This document shows positions 1 through 12,661 of a DNA stretch of 64,000 bases, in pieces; position 1 is the stretch's first letter; each line of letters begins with the position of its first letter. The position numbers and the translations under genes were made by a program. The notes under the pieces are model-generated. The model had not been told where the DNA came from, searched no databases, and worked only from the letters and a program-made list of their open reading frames with translations. This stretch comes from Octopus vulgaris (taxonomy: Eukaryota): positions 33,418,001 through 33,482,000 of the forward strand of contig OX597830.1 of NCBI GenBank assembly GCA_951406725.2, in the 5' to 3' direction.

Positions 1-2443
1 TATATATATATATATATATATGATGAGATTCTTTTGCTTTCCATTGACCAAATCCACTCACAAGGTTCTGGTTGGCCTAAGGCTATATTAGAAGACACTC
101 ACCCAAGGTGTCACAGTTCAATGTCAGTGAATATATTCAAAATTATCGTTAAAATCTATCAACAACTTAAATTATTTAAAACAATTTTATTGCAATTTCT
201 ATGTCAGTACTGCAAAAGGAAGTGCCCCCTTTTTTCCCCTTTTCTTTAGTAAGAATCTTTAATCTTTATCTTCTGAATTTTTCAGTTGTGTAATCATTCA
301 AAAGATTTAGTTAAACTTTATGAAATCATTGGATGCAATATTTTACATTCAATCCAAATGTTTTTAAGACTTAAAAGGTGTGTTATACAGAGATGATAAC
401 GTATTAATTTCTAGAAATATAAACATTAACAAGCTGATAAATTTACAAAACATCTTATTGAGTTATTCAAAGGATTAAATTTAAAGTGTTTGGTTGGCCC
501 ACATTATTTTGTAAGGAGCTTAGGGCTGGTTTCCTTGTTTCTTTGGCGTATATATTGCTTCCTGGATGTGATACCAGTCCATCACAGAATTACACATTGT
601 TTCCAGTTGAGTGGACTGGAGCAACGGGAAAAGAAAATTTGCTCAAGAACACAATGTATCACTCAGTCCAGAAATCAAAATCACATTCTTGCAATCTTGC
701 AATCCAATACCCTAACCACTAGGCCATACACTTCCACAAACTAAACAGCTGTCAACCTTAAATTAGCTAATGTTTTGGACATTGCCTCAAACTCAAAATC
801 TAAAAAGTACCATCATTATAGAAAGCAAACAGCAATAGAGTAACATAAAATTGCATTACATGCCAACCATATAACATTTGGAAATTACTATTTTTATATC
901 TCACAAAGAGAGATGTTCAGCAACAGTACTTTGGAGTAAAGATTGCTTGCCAACATAACATAGCAGTCATGATTTAGGATGAATGTTGCTGTAATATAGC
1001 ATTCGTTTGCTTAGTATATCATACACTAAATGTCTTTCAACAATATTGGAAGTTAAAATAATAATTCTTTAAGAAATAGTGATTTTTAAGGATAATATTA
1101 TGAAAGGAAAAGTTAAAACAACCACTAAAATCATACATTAGGAAACACAAGATCCTATGGTACAATCCTCCTTTTGATTTTGGTGTAAGTACTTGTATAG
1201 ATGAATATCTTTTGAAGTTAGCAGAAATACTGATGTATCTAGTTAAAGTATTATTTGATAGGTCAGGGCAGTAGATAAGCATAAATCAGGTCATCTAGAC
1301 ATTTAGCTGATCATCTGAGCAGACCCAAAGTATGTCATCTGAATTGTCATTCATGATAAAATACATAGAAAGCGTTTCACTTACTGGAAAATAAACAAGT
1401 TTTCTGTGTGAAAACAGCGATCAGATTAGCAAATAGGTGAATGAGAACTGAAGAGGACAATTACCAACAATCAGTGGCAGGTCACTCTGAAGAGGAACAA
1501 TTGAGTACAACTGATAGTATACAGAAAAGGATTAGAGAAAAATCACATTAAATTAGCAAGGTGTATGATCAGAAGATTCGATTGGTTTCACCACGGACAT
1601 GCCAGTGACCAAACAGTGCTCAACTATTTGTCCTGCATGATACATGAAAATTACATTGTCAGAGTTACAGAGCATTCTCTTAGAAATGAGGGATTCCAAG
1701 TACCAAAGGCAAGGGGTCGAAACAAATCCACAATTAGATATTTAAAGGACCTCAATGAATGTTGGCTATTTGTTTCAAAGTGGTGGACATGCATGGTTTT
1801 CCAGCAGCTTGCTGTCCAATTATTTGAGGTTATATGATAGGGTGGAGGTGGCGAACATTGCCACCTACCTTTCTAGTATTCTACAGTCCTCAGTGGAAGA
1901 GACTTGCAAAAAACTGATAATGGTTATTGTGCCGGTGCCATGTAAAAAGCATCAGGTATACTCTGTAATGTGGATGGTATTAGGAATGAGCTCGCTGAAT
2001 AAGCCTAAGTGTAGGAACCATGTTAAATCATACAATCCTTCTATCAAGTGTATCCTCTCTCATCAACCCTCCAAAACTACTCACTGCTTTTCTAATTCGT
2101 ATTTGCAATGTTCTCTCTTCCATTGCCCTTGGGTGGGGGATAATAGAAATATTCATTTTATTAATATAAGTTTTATTACGAACAGAACGACACAAACAAA
2201 AACTAGGTTTTAGAATTTGCCTCTTCTACATCCCATTCTGTTAATTCCTTCTGCAGGCCCTTCTTTTTAACTGCTGTTACCCCACATAGGGTAGAAAAAG
2301 ATCAATCAAATATTTGTTGCCCGAATATAAAGGAGATTTTTGTGAATGAGAGATGTCATTCAATTCGTATTATCAATTTGTTATATATCTATGTATATGT
2401 CCATTTGATTGCTGCATTCATACACTCGTGGTTCTGTTTCTAA

Positions 2444-2478
<35 letters not shown>

Positions 2479-2629
2479 GTCCCCCTCTCTGTCTTTCTCT
2501 TTCGTCCGCCCTCTCTCACTCTCCTAATCTTTTTCTCTCTTTTAAATATTTAAAACCTCAACATAATCCTGAAAATACCACTGTAGCTACTTTGTATCCT
2601 TACTCTAAGCAAAATAAAACACTACATAA

Positions 2630-2666
<37 letters not shown>

Positions 2667-2781
2667 TGTATATATACAAATATATATATATACATATAGA
2701 TAGATACGTATATATGTATATATATATGCATGTGAGTCTATTTGTATGCAAAATATGCATGTTTATATGAGTGTGTGGATG

Positions 2782-2814
<33 letters not shown>

Positions 2815-2925
2815 ATGTATATGTGTGTGTGTGTATATATTTGCATATATATGTGTGCATGCGTATATATATATACATATATATGCATGTGAGTCTATGT
2901 GTATGCATACATATGCATGTATATA

Positions 2926-2960
<35 letters not shown>

Positions 2961-3827
2961 ATAAATACACACACACACTCACACACACACACACACACAA
3001 GCTCTGTGTACTTTCCTTCCTACATTTCATTGTGAAGGTGAAAGCATTACGCATACTTGTGTATATTACATTATACTTCTATGCATGAGTATAACATTTC
3101 GTTTTTCTTTTTTTTCATTTATTCTCATACGTTTGGGTTTTTTTTTTACCATTCTATTGCTTATTTTTTTCCCTTCCCAGACTGCTATGTCTCCACCCTA
3201 TATAATAATTTTTTTTCTTAATAATACCACACATTTAAAAGAGAAAGAACTGGAAGGAGACAGAGTGATATCATTATATATCCCCAAGTTACATAGTTTT
3301 CAGGGTTTAATAAATATTTATAACAGATTAATCTGATTCACTCATTAGAGTTTTATTTTATTTTATTTTTTATTTTATTTTTTATCTTATATTTATTTCT
3401 TTGACTATTTGTTTGTTGGTTTATTATTGTTTGTGTCCATACTGCTGGTTCTTTTGTTTTTGTTTGTTTTGGCTTTTGCTTTGTTTTAATTTTATTACCC
3501 AACCCCCTCCCAGCTTTACGCGATTCTCTCCAATCTCACACACACATGCACACACATGCGTGCACACATATGTACACATGCTAACGCTCACGTACATATG
3601 CACACACGTCTACCTTGTTACCGTCATCAACTAATTGGTTGGTTTTTATGAAGCCTTATCTTCCAAACCCTCAACACTGCATTATAAAAAAACCCTGCTA
3701 TTGCTCTAACCTTCTGAGCAACCAGTGACACCACCACTGCTACCACCACCACCACAACCATAACAGCATCCATCATTAACACTATGAGTACTCATCATCA
3801 TCCCTCGTTTTTGCAATCCTTACTACG

Positions 3828-3908
<81 letters not shown>

Positions 3909-3966
3909 ACTACTACTACTACTACCACTACTACAACTACTACAATTACTATTACAACTACTACTA

Positions 3967-3998
<32 letters not shown>

Positions 3999-4944
3999 AA
4001 TAATGATACTGCTGTTGCTGCTACTGCTGCTGCTACTACTACCACTACTACTACTACAAACACTACTACAATTACGACGATGGCCACCACCTCCACTCTG
4101 ACCAACATCACCACTGTTAGCACTGTCACTGCCACTAATACTGTTATTCCTCCTCCTCCTCCTGCCACCATCGCAGCCACTGCTGCTGCTACTACTACTA
4201 CTACTAATTCCTCACATCCTACACTGTCTGTCTGTCTGTTTGTCTCATTAGAATTACCCTCTGTAAACACTCCTTATATTTGTGATCAGCCATTGGCACC
4301 ACTGCTGTGACCATCTTCAACATGCTACAACCGCCCCCCCCCCACATCCCATTCCATCATCCCTGGCCCACTAACACCAAACACACCAATACCTTTATCA
4401 TCCATTAGAGCTCATCACAGCCAAACACTACCACCAATACCTTATTTCATATTTATTCCACAACCACGACCACCACCACTGCCATCACCATCAACCACTG
4501 CTGGTTTCACCTCTCTCATCACCGTTGGCACCACTGCTGTGGTTACTCTGGTACCTCTGATGCTACGTATGTGCAATAACACCATAGATGAACTGGTATC
4601 GATTTGTCTCAGTACTAGTACATTATTGGAACATTATTGGCACCAGATCACAAATTTTAATAGAGGCGAAGCAGGAAGAGAGTGGTGTGTATCGAATTAA
4701 GTTGACACCGCTTCATCATGATTGGTACATACTGAGACCAATATGGAAGCCTCTGTACGGTATCCTAACTTGTTAGAAATAGCAGCCAGAAGGAGAGAAC
4801 GATAGGGCCAGATAAAATGAAGTGTTGAAATGTCTAATGTCAGATAAGTCAGCCTGGAACCAGCAAGGCTAAATAAATGGTGCCAAAACGGCTGTGCCAA
4901 AAAAACCTCATATCCTTTCTAACATGGTCTTGTGTCATGCAATA

Positions 4945-5355
4945 CTTTACTCTTTTCCTCTTTTACTTGTTTCAGTCATACTGGAGCACTGCCTTTAGTC
5001 GAGCAAATCGACCTCAGGACTTATTCTTTGTAAGCCTAGTACTTATTCTATTGGTCTCTTTTGCTGAACCGCTAAGTTACAGGGACATAAACACACCAGC
5101 TTCAGTTGTCAAGCTGGTAAAAACACTGACACACAAACATATACACACACAAACACATACGTATACATATATATATATACACACATATATACGATGGGCT
5201 TCTTTCATTTTCCATCTACCAAATCCACTCACAAGGCTTTGTCGGCCTGAAGCTATAGTAGAAGACACTTGCTCAAGGTGCCACACAGTAGGACTGAACC
5301 TGGAACCATGTGGTTCGTAAGCAACCTACTCACCACACAGTCACTCCTACGCCTA
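4945..5355 (-). mobile_element. tRNA-derived SINE family B (internal TA/CA microsatellite, GAGTAAAA tail)
   Basis: Reverse complement of the family seen intact at 23093-23507 and 60123-60538 (GGAGTGGCTGTGTGGTAAG...GGTTCAGTCC...TGACTGAAACAAGTAAAAGAG). Confidence 0.85.
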
Positions 5356-5776
5356 TGTGAATGGAATCTGGTAAACAGAAACTATGTGATAATCTGAAGA
5401 GAAATGGCAACCGTTGCTTTTATTGGGTGGTAGATTAAAACTGATACTCAGGATAATACTGCTACCTGGTCGTTGAGGGTAGCTGGGATTATTTTGTTGC
5501 AAGCATTCAGTCTGATGATGGTAACACCCTTCTTACTAATCTTTCCTTCAATCCATCTGTTGGATGGATTGCACCTTGGCGCATGCTGTGTCATGCCGAT
5601 TCAGTATGAAAATTACTTTAAGGGTACATGTATCTGAATTGGGGTGTACTCCATTTACATGGTAATTAAATGTGCATGAAATTCAGTTGATCAAATAACA
5701 GCTAATTCGAAATCCCACATTATTGAAACTGAGGGGGATCTATCCATCTATATAAACACATAAATATAGATATATA

Positions 5777-5958
5777 TACCATATTTTAACATGCATAATG
5801 AATCCTCAGGTATAAGGAACCTCCTAATATTTTGAGCTTAAAATTTGGAAAAAAAGTTTTGTAAGCGATTATAACGCTATCCATGTATAAGAAACTCCCA
5901 TATTTTTAACCTAATTTTTGACAAAAACAGATTCCTTATACACGTTAAAATAAGGGTA
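5777..5958. mobile_element. pogo/Tc2-type MITE
   Basis: Imperfect TIRs TACCATATTTTAACATGCATAA / TTATACACGTTAAAATAAGGGTA in a TA context; internal duplicated TATAAG(G/A)AAC...ATATTTT motif. Confidence 0.6.
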
Positions 5959-5972
5959 ATATATATCCTGCA

Positions 5973-6310
5973 TGTGAAGGCACATGGCTCAGTGGTTAGA
6001 GCATCAAGCTTACGATCGTGAGGTTGTGAGTTCGAATACTGGACCAAGCTGCATGTTGTGTTCTTGAGTAAGACACTTTATTTCACATTACTCCAGTTCA
6101 CTCAGCTGTAGAAATGAGTTGCAACGTCACAGGTGCCAAGCTGTATCGATCCCTTTGCCTTTCCCTTGGATAACACTGGTGGTGTGGAGAGGGGAGGCCA
6201 GTATGCATGGGTGACCGCTGGTCTTCCATAAACAACTTTGCCCAGACTTGTGCCTGGGAGGGTAACTTTCTAGGTGCAATCCCATGGTCAGTCATGACCG
6301 AAGGGGGGTC
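5973..6310 (+). mobile_element. tRNA-derived CORE-type SINE
   Basis: A box TGGCTCAGTGG, B box GAGTTCGAATAC, then GTGTTCTTGAGTAAGACACTT...CTCAGCTGTAGAAATGAG, resembling the MIR CORE domain; further copies at 6604-6937 and 8631-8965. Confidence 0.8.
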
Positions 6311-6603
6311 TCACATATCCTGCATAGTAAGCTTTTTCTTCGTAAATGGAAAGAAGTGGTGAACAGCCCTAATTAATTTTTGAACCTTATGGGGTTCTCA
6401 TCAGTGAATATCAGTTCTATAACATTCTACATCAATTTAACTAGTCCCAAAGGAGCTTAAAACCAAACTGCGTATATGGTTAACAATTGCAGTAACTACA
6501 GAGAACTGCAGCTACTAATTAGCATATTGTAAATGCTAGCTCTTTATTTAGACTCTCAGGGGACATGGTATAATATATGTAAACTATTCAAAGGGTAAAT
6601 AGT

Positions 6604-6937
6604 CCCTTCAGTCATGAATGACCATGGGATTGCTCCTAGAAATCTACCCTCCAAGGCATAAGTCCAGGCAAGGTTGTCTATAGATGACCAGCAGTCATCT
6701 ATGCATACCAGCCTCTCCTCTCCATGCCTCTGATGTTGTCCAAGGGAAAGGCAAAGGCTGGTACAGTTTGGGGCACCAGTGATGTCACAACTCGTTTCCA
6801 CAGCTGAGTGAAGTGGAGCAAGATGAAATAAAGTGTCTTGCTCAAGAACACAACAAACAGCTCGGTCTGGGAATCAAACTCACTACCTCTATGATTGCTA
6901 TCCCGATGCTTCAACCACTGAGTCAGACACCTTCATG
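6604..6937 (-). mobile_element. CORE-type SINE (inverted relative to 5973-6310)
   Basis: Reverse-complement match to 5973-6310 along its length. Confidence 0.8.
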
Positions 6938-6970
6938 TAACCTATATAGTAGATCTATCAACTGTAACCT

Positions 6971-7298
6971 TCTTTTTTTCTGCTATTTATGCGCCCTTTT
7001 CAAGCCTAGCCAGGCTCATCGGCCTGGTTTCCTGGTTTCTGTGGCGTATGGATTCCCCCCAACCAGCTGGACGGGATACCAGTCCATCGCAGTGTTACTC
7101 AAGAAACAGGAAGAGAGAGTGAGGGAAAGTTGCAGCGAAAGAGTACAACAGGGGTCGCCACTACCCCCTGCTGGAGCCTCGTGGAGCTTTTTAGGTGTTT
7201 TCGCTCAATAAACACTCAAAACGCCTGGTCTGGGAGTTGAAACCGCGATCCTCAGACTGTGAGTCCGCTGCCCTAACCACTGGGCCATTGCGCCTCCA
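6971..7298 (-). mobile_element. tRNA-derived SINE family D with TSD
   Basis: Head TGTGGAGGCGCAATGGCCCAGTGGTTAGGGCAGCGGACTC on the minus strand; flanking direct repeat CAACTGTAACCT at 6959-6970 and 7299-7310. Confidence 0.85.
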
Positions 7299-7512
7299 CA
7301 ACTGTAACCTATATAGTAGATAATTAGACAGGACTGATATGATAAGAAATAATATCATTTCAGGCACAACACCCCAGAGATCAACTGGTCCCTATTTTAT
7401 CAATTCTGAAAGATATAAAAGGCTAAGATGATCTTGGCAGAATTTGAAATCAGAATGTAAAAATGGATGATGGATATATGTGTGTGTATGTAAAAGGGAG
7501 GCATGTAACTGC

Positions 7513-7556
<44 letters not shown>

Positions 7557-7761
7557 GTGTGCGTGCAATGGAAGTGGGATGGTGAACATTCAATGCTGAA
7601 AAGAAAAATCAAACAGCGCTTCAACTCTGTGTGTGTATGTGTGTGTATGTGTGTGCATGTACCAGTGAAGTATGTGATTATTATAGGTGATGGATGAAAT
7701 CCCACTAAGCATTTTCTCCTGCATGCTAATCATTCTGCCAGCTTGCCACACACACATGCAT

Positions 7762-7794
<33 letters not shown>

Positions 7795-8099
7795 CACATA
7801 CGCTCACACTCACACACACACATGCACACATATATTTACACACCTCCCTTTTACATACATACACATATACTCACGTAGAGTTGAAACACTGATTTTTTTT
7901 TTCACTGAATAATTTCCATCATCCTACTACCAGTTTACCATCACCTTCCTTTCTCATTCATATGCTGTGACGGAGAAAAACACAAGAGTATTATTATAGT
8001 ATAGATATGCGTGCATGCGCGCGTGTGTGTGTGTTTGTGTAGATATATTGGTTTTAAATTTTGACACGAGTCCAGCAAGTTCCTGGGTAGGAATGGTAT

Positions 8100-8106
8100 C
8101 ATCATT

Positions 8107-8141
<35 letters not shown>

Positions 8142-8450
8142 TTAGCGTCCACTTCCATGCTAGCATGGGTTGGATGGTTCAACTGGGGTCTGGGAGGCCA
8201 GAAGGCTGCACCAGACCCAGTCTGATCTGGCAATGTTTCTACGGCTGGATGCCCTTCCTAACGCCAACCACTGTGAGTGTAGTGGGTGCTTTTTACGTGC
8301 CACCGGCACAGGTGCCAAACAGGGCTGGCAAACAGCCACAGTCGGATGGTGCTTTTTATGTGCCACCGGCACGGGGGCCAGGCGAGGCTGGCAATGGCCA
8401 CGATCGGATGGTTCGCTTACGTGCCACCGGCACTGGTATCACGGCTACAA
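8100..8450 (-). mobile_element. (GAT)n-tailed retroposon family C with internal ~55-60 bp tandem units
   Basis: Reverse complement of TTGGCGTTAGGAAGGGCATCCAGC...TCCAACCCATGCTAGCATGGAA...GATGATGAT, with repeated GGTGGCACGTAAAAAGCACC units; the tail is RTE-like by inference. Confidence 0.75.
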
Positions 8451-8630
8451 TTTCCATTGATGTTGATCGATTTCGATTTTGATTCTGATTCTCACTTGCC
8501 TCAACAGGTCTTCGCAAGTAGAGTTTTGTGTCCCAAGAAGGAAAGGTATGCATATATATAAACTAACTGGCCCTGTGCCATCAAAAATGACAGCTAATTG
8601 TCGTAGTTCATATATAAATAAGGTGCAAAA

Positions 8631-8965
8631 GTGAAGGCTCATGGCTCAGTGGTTAGAGCGTCGAGCTTACAATCGTGAGGTTGTGAGTTCGATTCCCTGA
8701 ATAGGCTGTGTGTTGTGTTCTTGAGCAAGACACTTTATTTTACATTGCTCCAGTTCCCTCAGCAGTAGAAATGAGTTGCGATGTCACTGGTGCCAGACAG
8801 TATTGACCTTTGCTTTTCTCTTGGATAACATCGGTGGCGTAAAGAGCAGAGGCTGGTATGCATGGGAGACTGCTGGTCTTCCATAAAACAACCATGCCTG
8901 GACTTGTGCCTCGGAGGGTAAATTTCTAGGTGCAATTCCATGATCATTCATGACCAAAGGGGCTC
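8631..8965 (+). mobile_element. CORE-type SINE
   Basis: Same A/B boxes and CORE-like body as 5973-6310. Confidence 0.8.
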
Positions 8966-9624
8966 TCCCTAAGCTAGAAAACCAAGCTTTTAGTTTAATA
9001 ATTATTTTATTACCAAATTTATAATATACCTATCAATTGCAGTCGCTTTATATTCTTGATACACTCAGGCAATAATTATTTTCTCTTATGAGTTTGTATA
9101 TGTTTCTGTAGGTGTGTGTGATTGTGATAATTATTTTTAACAAAACAGAGAGAATATGGATGGTAAATCAAATTAATACACTTGTCAGTGTTATCTAGTG
9201 GTTGTCCTTTGAGATGTGACATCGATCATCGTTTGTTACTGAAAGAACAATGGCTCACACATACAAACAATCACATACTTCACTGGTACATGCACACACA
9301 TACACACACATACTCACACAGAGTTGAAACGCTGTTTGATATTTCTTTTCAGCATTGAATGTTCAGCATCCCATTTCCATTGCACACACACATACCCCCA
9401 CACGCACATAAGCATTTACATGCCACCCTTTTACATACACACATATACTCACACAGAGTTGAAATGCTGTTTCCTTTCCATTGTAGAATTTCCATCATCT
9501 TACTACCAGTTTGCCATCACCTCTTCCTTTCTCATTCATATGCTGTGATGGAGAAAGACACAAGAGCATTATTATAGTAAAGATATATGTGTGTTTGTGT
9601 ATGTAGATGTATTGGTTTCAAATT

Positions 9625-11219
9625 TTGACACAAGTCCAGCAAGTTCATGGGTAGGAGTCTAGTTAATTACATTGATGCTAGCTTTTAGATGGTATTTATT
9701 TTGTCAACCCTGAAAGAATGAAGGGCAAAGTGGATCTCGGTGAAATTTGAACTCAGAATGTAAAGCTGAATGAAATGCCGCTAAGAATTTTACCTGGTGG
9801 GCTAACAATTCTGCCGGGTGCCCTTCCGTATGATATAAAATGATATATAATACACATATACATGTGTGTGTACAAGTGTGTGTGTGTGTGTATGTGTGTA
9901 TGTGTCGATATATATATTTATTTCTTTATTGCCCATGGGTGTGCTAAACATAGAGGGGACAAACAAGGACGGACAAAGGGATTAAGTCGATTACATCGAC
10001 CCTAGTATGTAACTGGTACTTAATTTATTGACCCCAAAAGGATGAAAGGCTAAGTCGACCTCGGTGACATTTGAACTCATAACGTAACAGCAGACAAAAT
10101 ACTATTAAGCATTTCACCCACCATGCTAACAATTCTGCCAGCTCGCCACTTTATGGGGATAAATACATTTGTTTCTTTATTGCCCACAGGGTGCTAAACA
10201 TAGAGGGGACAGACAAAGACAGACAAAAGGATTAAGTCAATTACATCAACCCCAGTATGTAACTGGTACTTAATTCATCGACCCCAATGGGATGAAAGGC
10301 AAAGTTGACCTTAGTGGAATTTGAACTCAGAACATAATGGCAGACGAAATACCATTAAGTATTTCATCCGGTGTGCTAATGATTCTGCTAGCTCTCCGCT
10401 TTATGTGGATAAATGTATTCTTTTCTACACTAGGCACAAAACCTGATATTTTTGGGGAGGGGACCATTTGATTAGATCGACCCCAGCATGCAATTGGTAC
10501 TTAATTTATCGACCCTGAAAGGATGAAAGGCAACGAAATTTGAACTGAAATACCGCTAATCATTTCGCTCCGCATGCAAATGATTCTGCTAGCTCACCAC
10601 TTTAAATAATATACTTTTCTACTCTAGGTACAGGGCCTGAAATTTTGGGGGAGGGGGCCAGTTGATAAGATCGACCACAGTACGTAACTGGTACTTAATT
10701 TATTGACCCTGAAAAGACGAAAGGCAAAGTCGACCGTGGCAGAATTTGAACTTAGAATGTTATGGCAGACAAATACTGCTAAGCATTTCGCCCTGAATGC
10801 AAATGCTTCTGCCAGCTTGCTGCCTTAAAAAATACACTTTTCTACACTAGGCACAAGGGGGAGGGGGCCAGTTGATTAGATCGACCCCAGTATGTAAGTG
10901 GTACTTAATTTATAGACTCTGAAAGGACAAAAGGCAAAGTCAACCTTGGCGGAATTTGAACTTAGAACGTTACGGCAGACAAATACCTATTTCTTTACTA
11001 CCCACAAGGGGCTAAACACCAAGGGGACAAACAAGGACAGACAAATTGGTTAATTTGATTACATCGACCCCAGTGTGTAACTGGTACTTAATTTATCGAC
11101 CCCGAAAGGATGAAAAGCAAAGTTGACCTCGGCGGAATTTGAACTCACAACGTAACGGCAGACGAAATGCCACAAAGCATTTCGCCCGGCATACTAACAT
11201 TTCTGCCAGCTCGACGCCG
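9625..11219 (-). mobile_element. Head-to-tail cluster of about 7 SINE family A copies
   Basis: Recurrent ACTGGTACTTAATTTATCGACCC(C/T)GAAAGGATGAAAGGCAAAGTCGACC...TTTGAACTCA(G/C)AACG near 9700, 10020, 10270, 10500, 10700, 10900 and 11090, all in one orientation, with two alternative 3' tails. The central domain resembles the Meta domain (recalled, not verified). Confidence 0.9.
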
Positions 11220-12069
11220 TATGTGGATAGATATAGTGACAATTGAATACAGATAGATAGTGAAAGATATAATAAGGCAAGAATGAAATACAATAAATCC
11301 GAAACACCTAAAAAAGAATACAAACAAAAATGACCATCTGATCAACTAATTGAACACTGGTTTATATTATTTTCTGGGATTTTTTCCTCTTTTTAATAAC
11401 GTTTGATTATAATCCCATTATAAAATTGTATTGGTAGAATCTTATGCTCCACTGCAGGGTAATGCCTGGATGCCTGTGTACACAAGTGTGCTTGTATGCG
11501 TATGTGTGTATGTATAAGTGTGTGTATGTGTGTTTGTGTGTGTGTGTGTTTATGTATGAGTGTGTACATGTGTATGTAAGTGTGTGTGTGTATTTTTGTG
11601 TTTCCAGGGAATTGCTGTTGGTAAATTTATAAGTTTTTAGTGATTGCATTCTGAAACTGATAGGAAAAAATAAAAAAATTTATAGACTAACAGTAGGTGA
11701 GGTAAGGGTGAGGATGCTTTAAAAAAAAACACCAAAAAAAAAAACAATAACCAAAGGGACAAGGTTAGCAGAGAAAAAGTGCCAAAGTGAGAATAGTATG
11801 AGGTAGTGAACTAAGAGGAGAGAATGTAAAAGAAGGGGAAAATGTCAGTATAATTAGGGAGGTTGATATGATTTTGAGAGAGGTGGAGAGAGGTAGAGAG
11901 AATGGCAGAGAGTGAGGAAAAACGTTCATGTGAGGAGAGTTAGAAATATGGAGAGTAAGGTGAGAGAACGGCTGTAAAAATTGACAGTATATTGGGAAAA
12001 AATTGTGAAAACATATGCCATTTGTCTGAATACATCTCAATACATACACCAGCATATACACACGTATAT

Positions 12070-12107
<38 letters not shown>

Positions 12108-12621
12108 TTATATATATGCATGTGTGCATATATATATAAATGTATGAATATATGGATATTCAATAACCTATTTACATATGTATATACATTCTTCTGTGTT
12201 CATATTTATATATTCATGTGTGTTTAGTTTCATATGTATTTCAGGTGTCTATATGTATACACACACACACACACACAGAGCAAAATACACGCATTCATGA
12301 ACAAATACGCACATGCACGCACATATATGTATATGCATACAGCTTTTGTTTTTAGTCTGCAAGTCAATGCCAGGAAATAAAAAAAAATAGCTAAACAATA
12401 TATGATAAAATAAATGTAAAAGAAATCATTTTCACATACAAACTATAGAATAATTGGTAATATTCCAAAAAATTACTACATAGTGATTCCACCTATCTGT
12501 TCTATTTGTGTATATGGTTGTATATCTAGGTGTGTGGCTGACAGAATACATTCTGTCTCATCAATGTGCTCAAAATTATAGATGTATATGTATATATATA
12601 CATATGTATATATAAGTATAT

Positions 12622-12661
<40 letters not shown>

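Noticed and set aside
9625-11219. Regularly spaced repeats resembling a CRISPR array
   Set aside because: The units are about 200-bp diverged SINEs without unique spacers, in a eukaryotic context with no cas genes.
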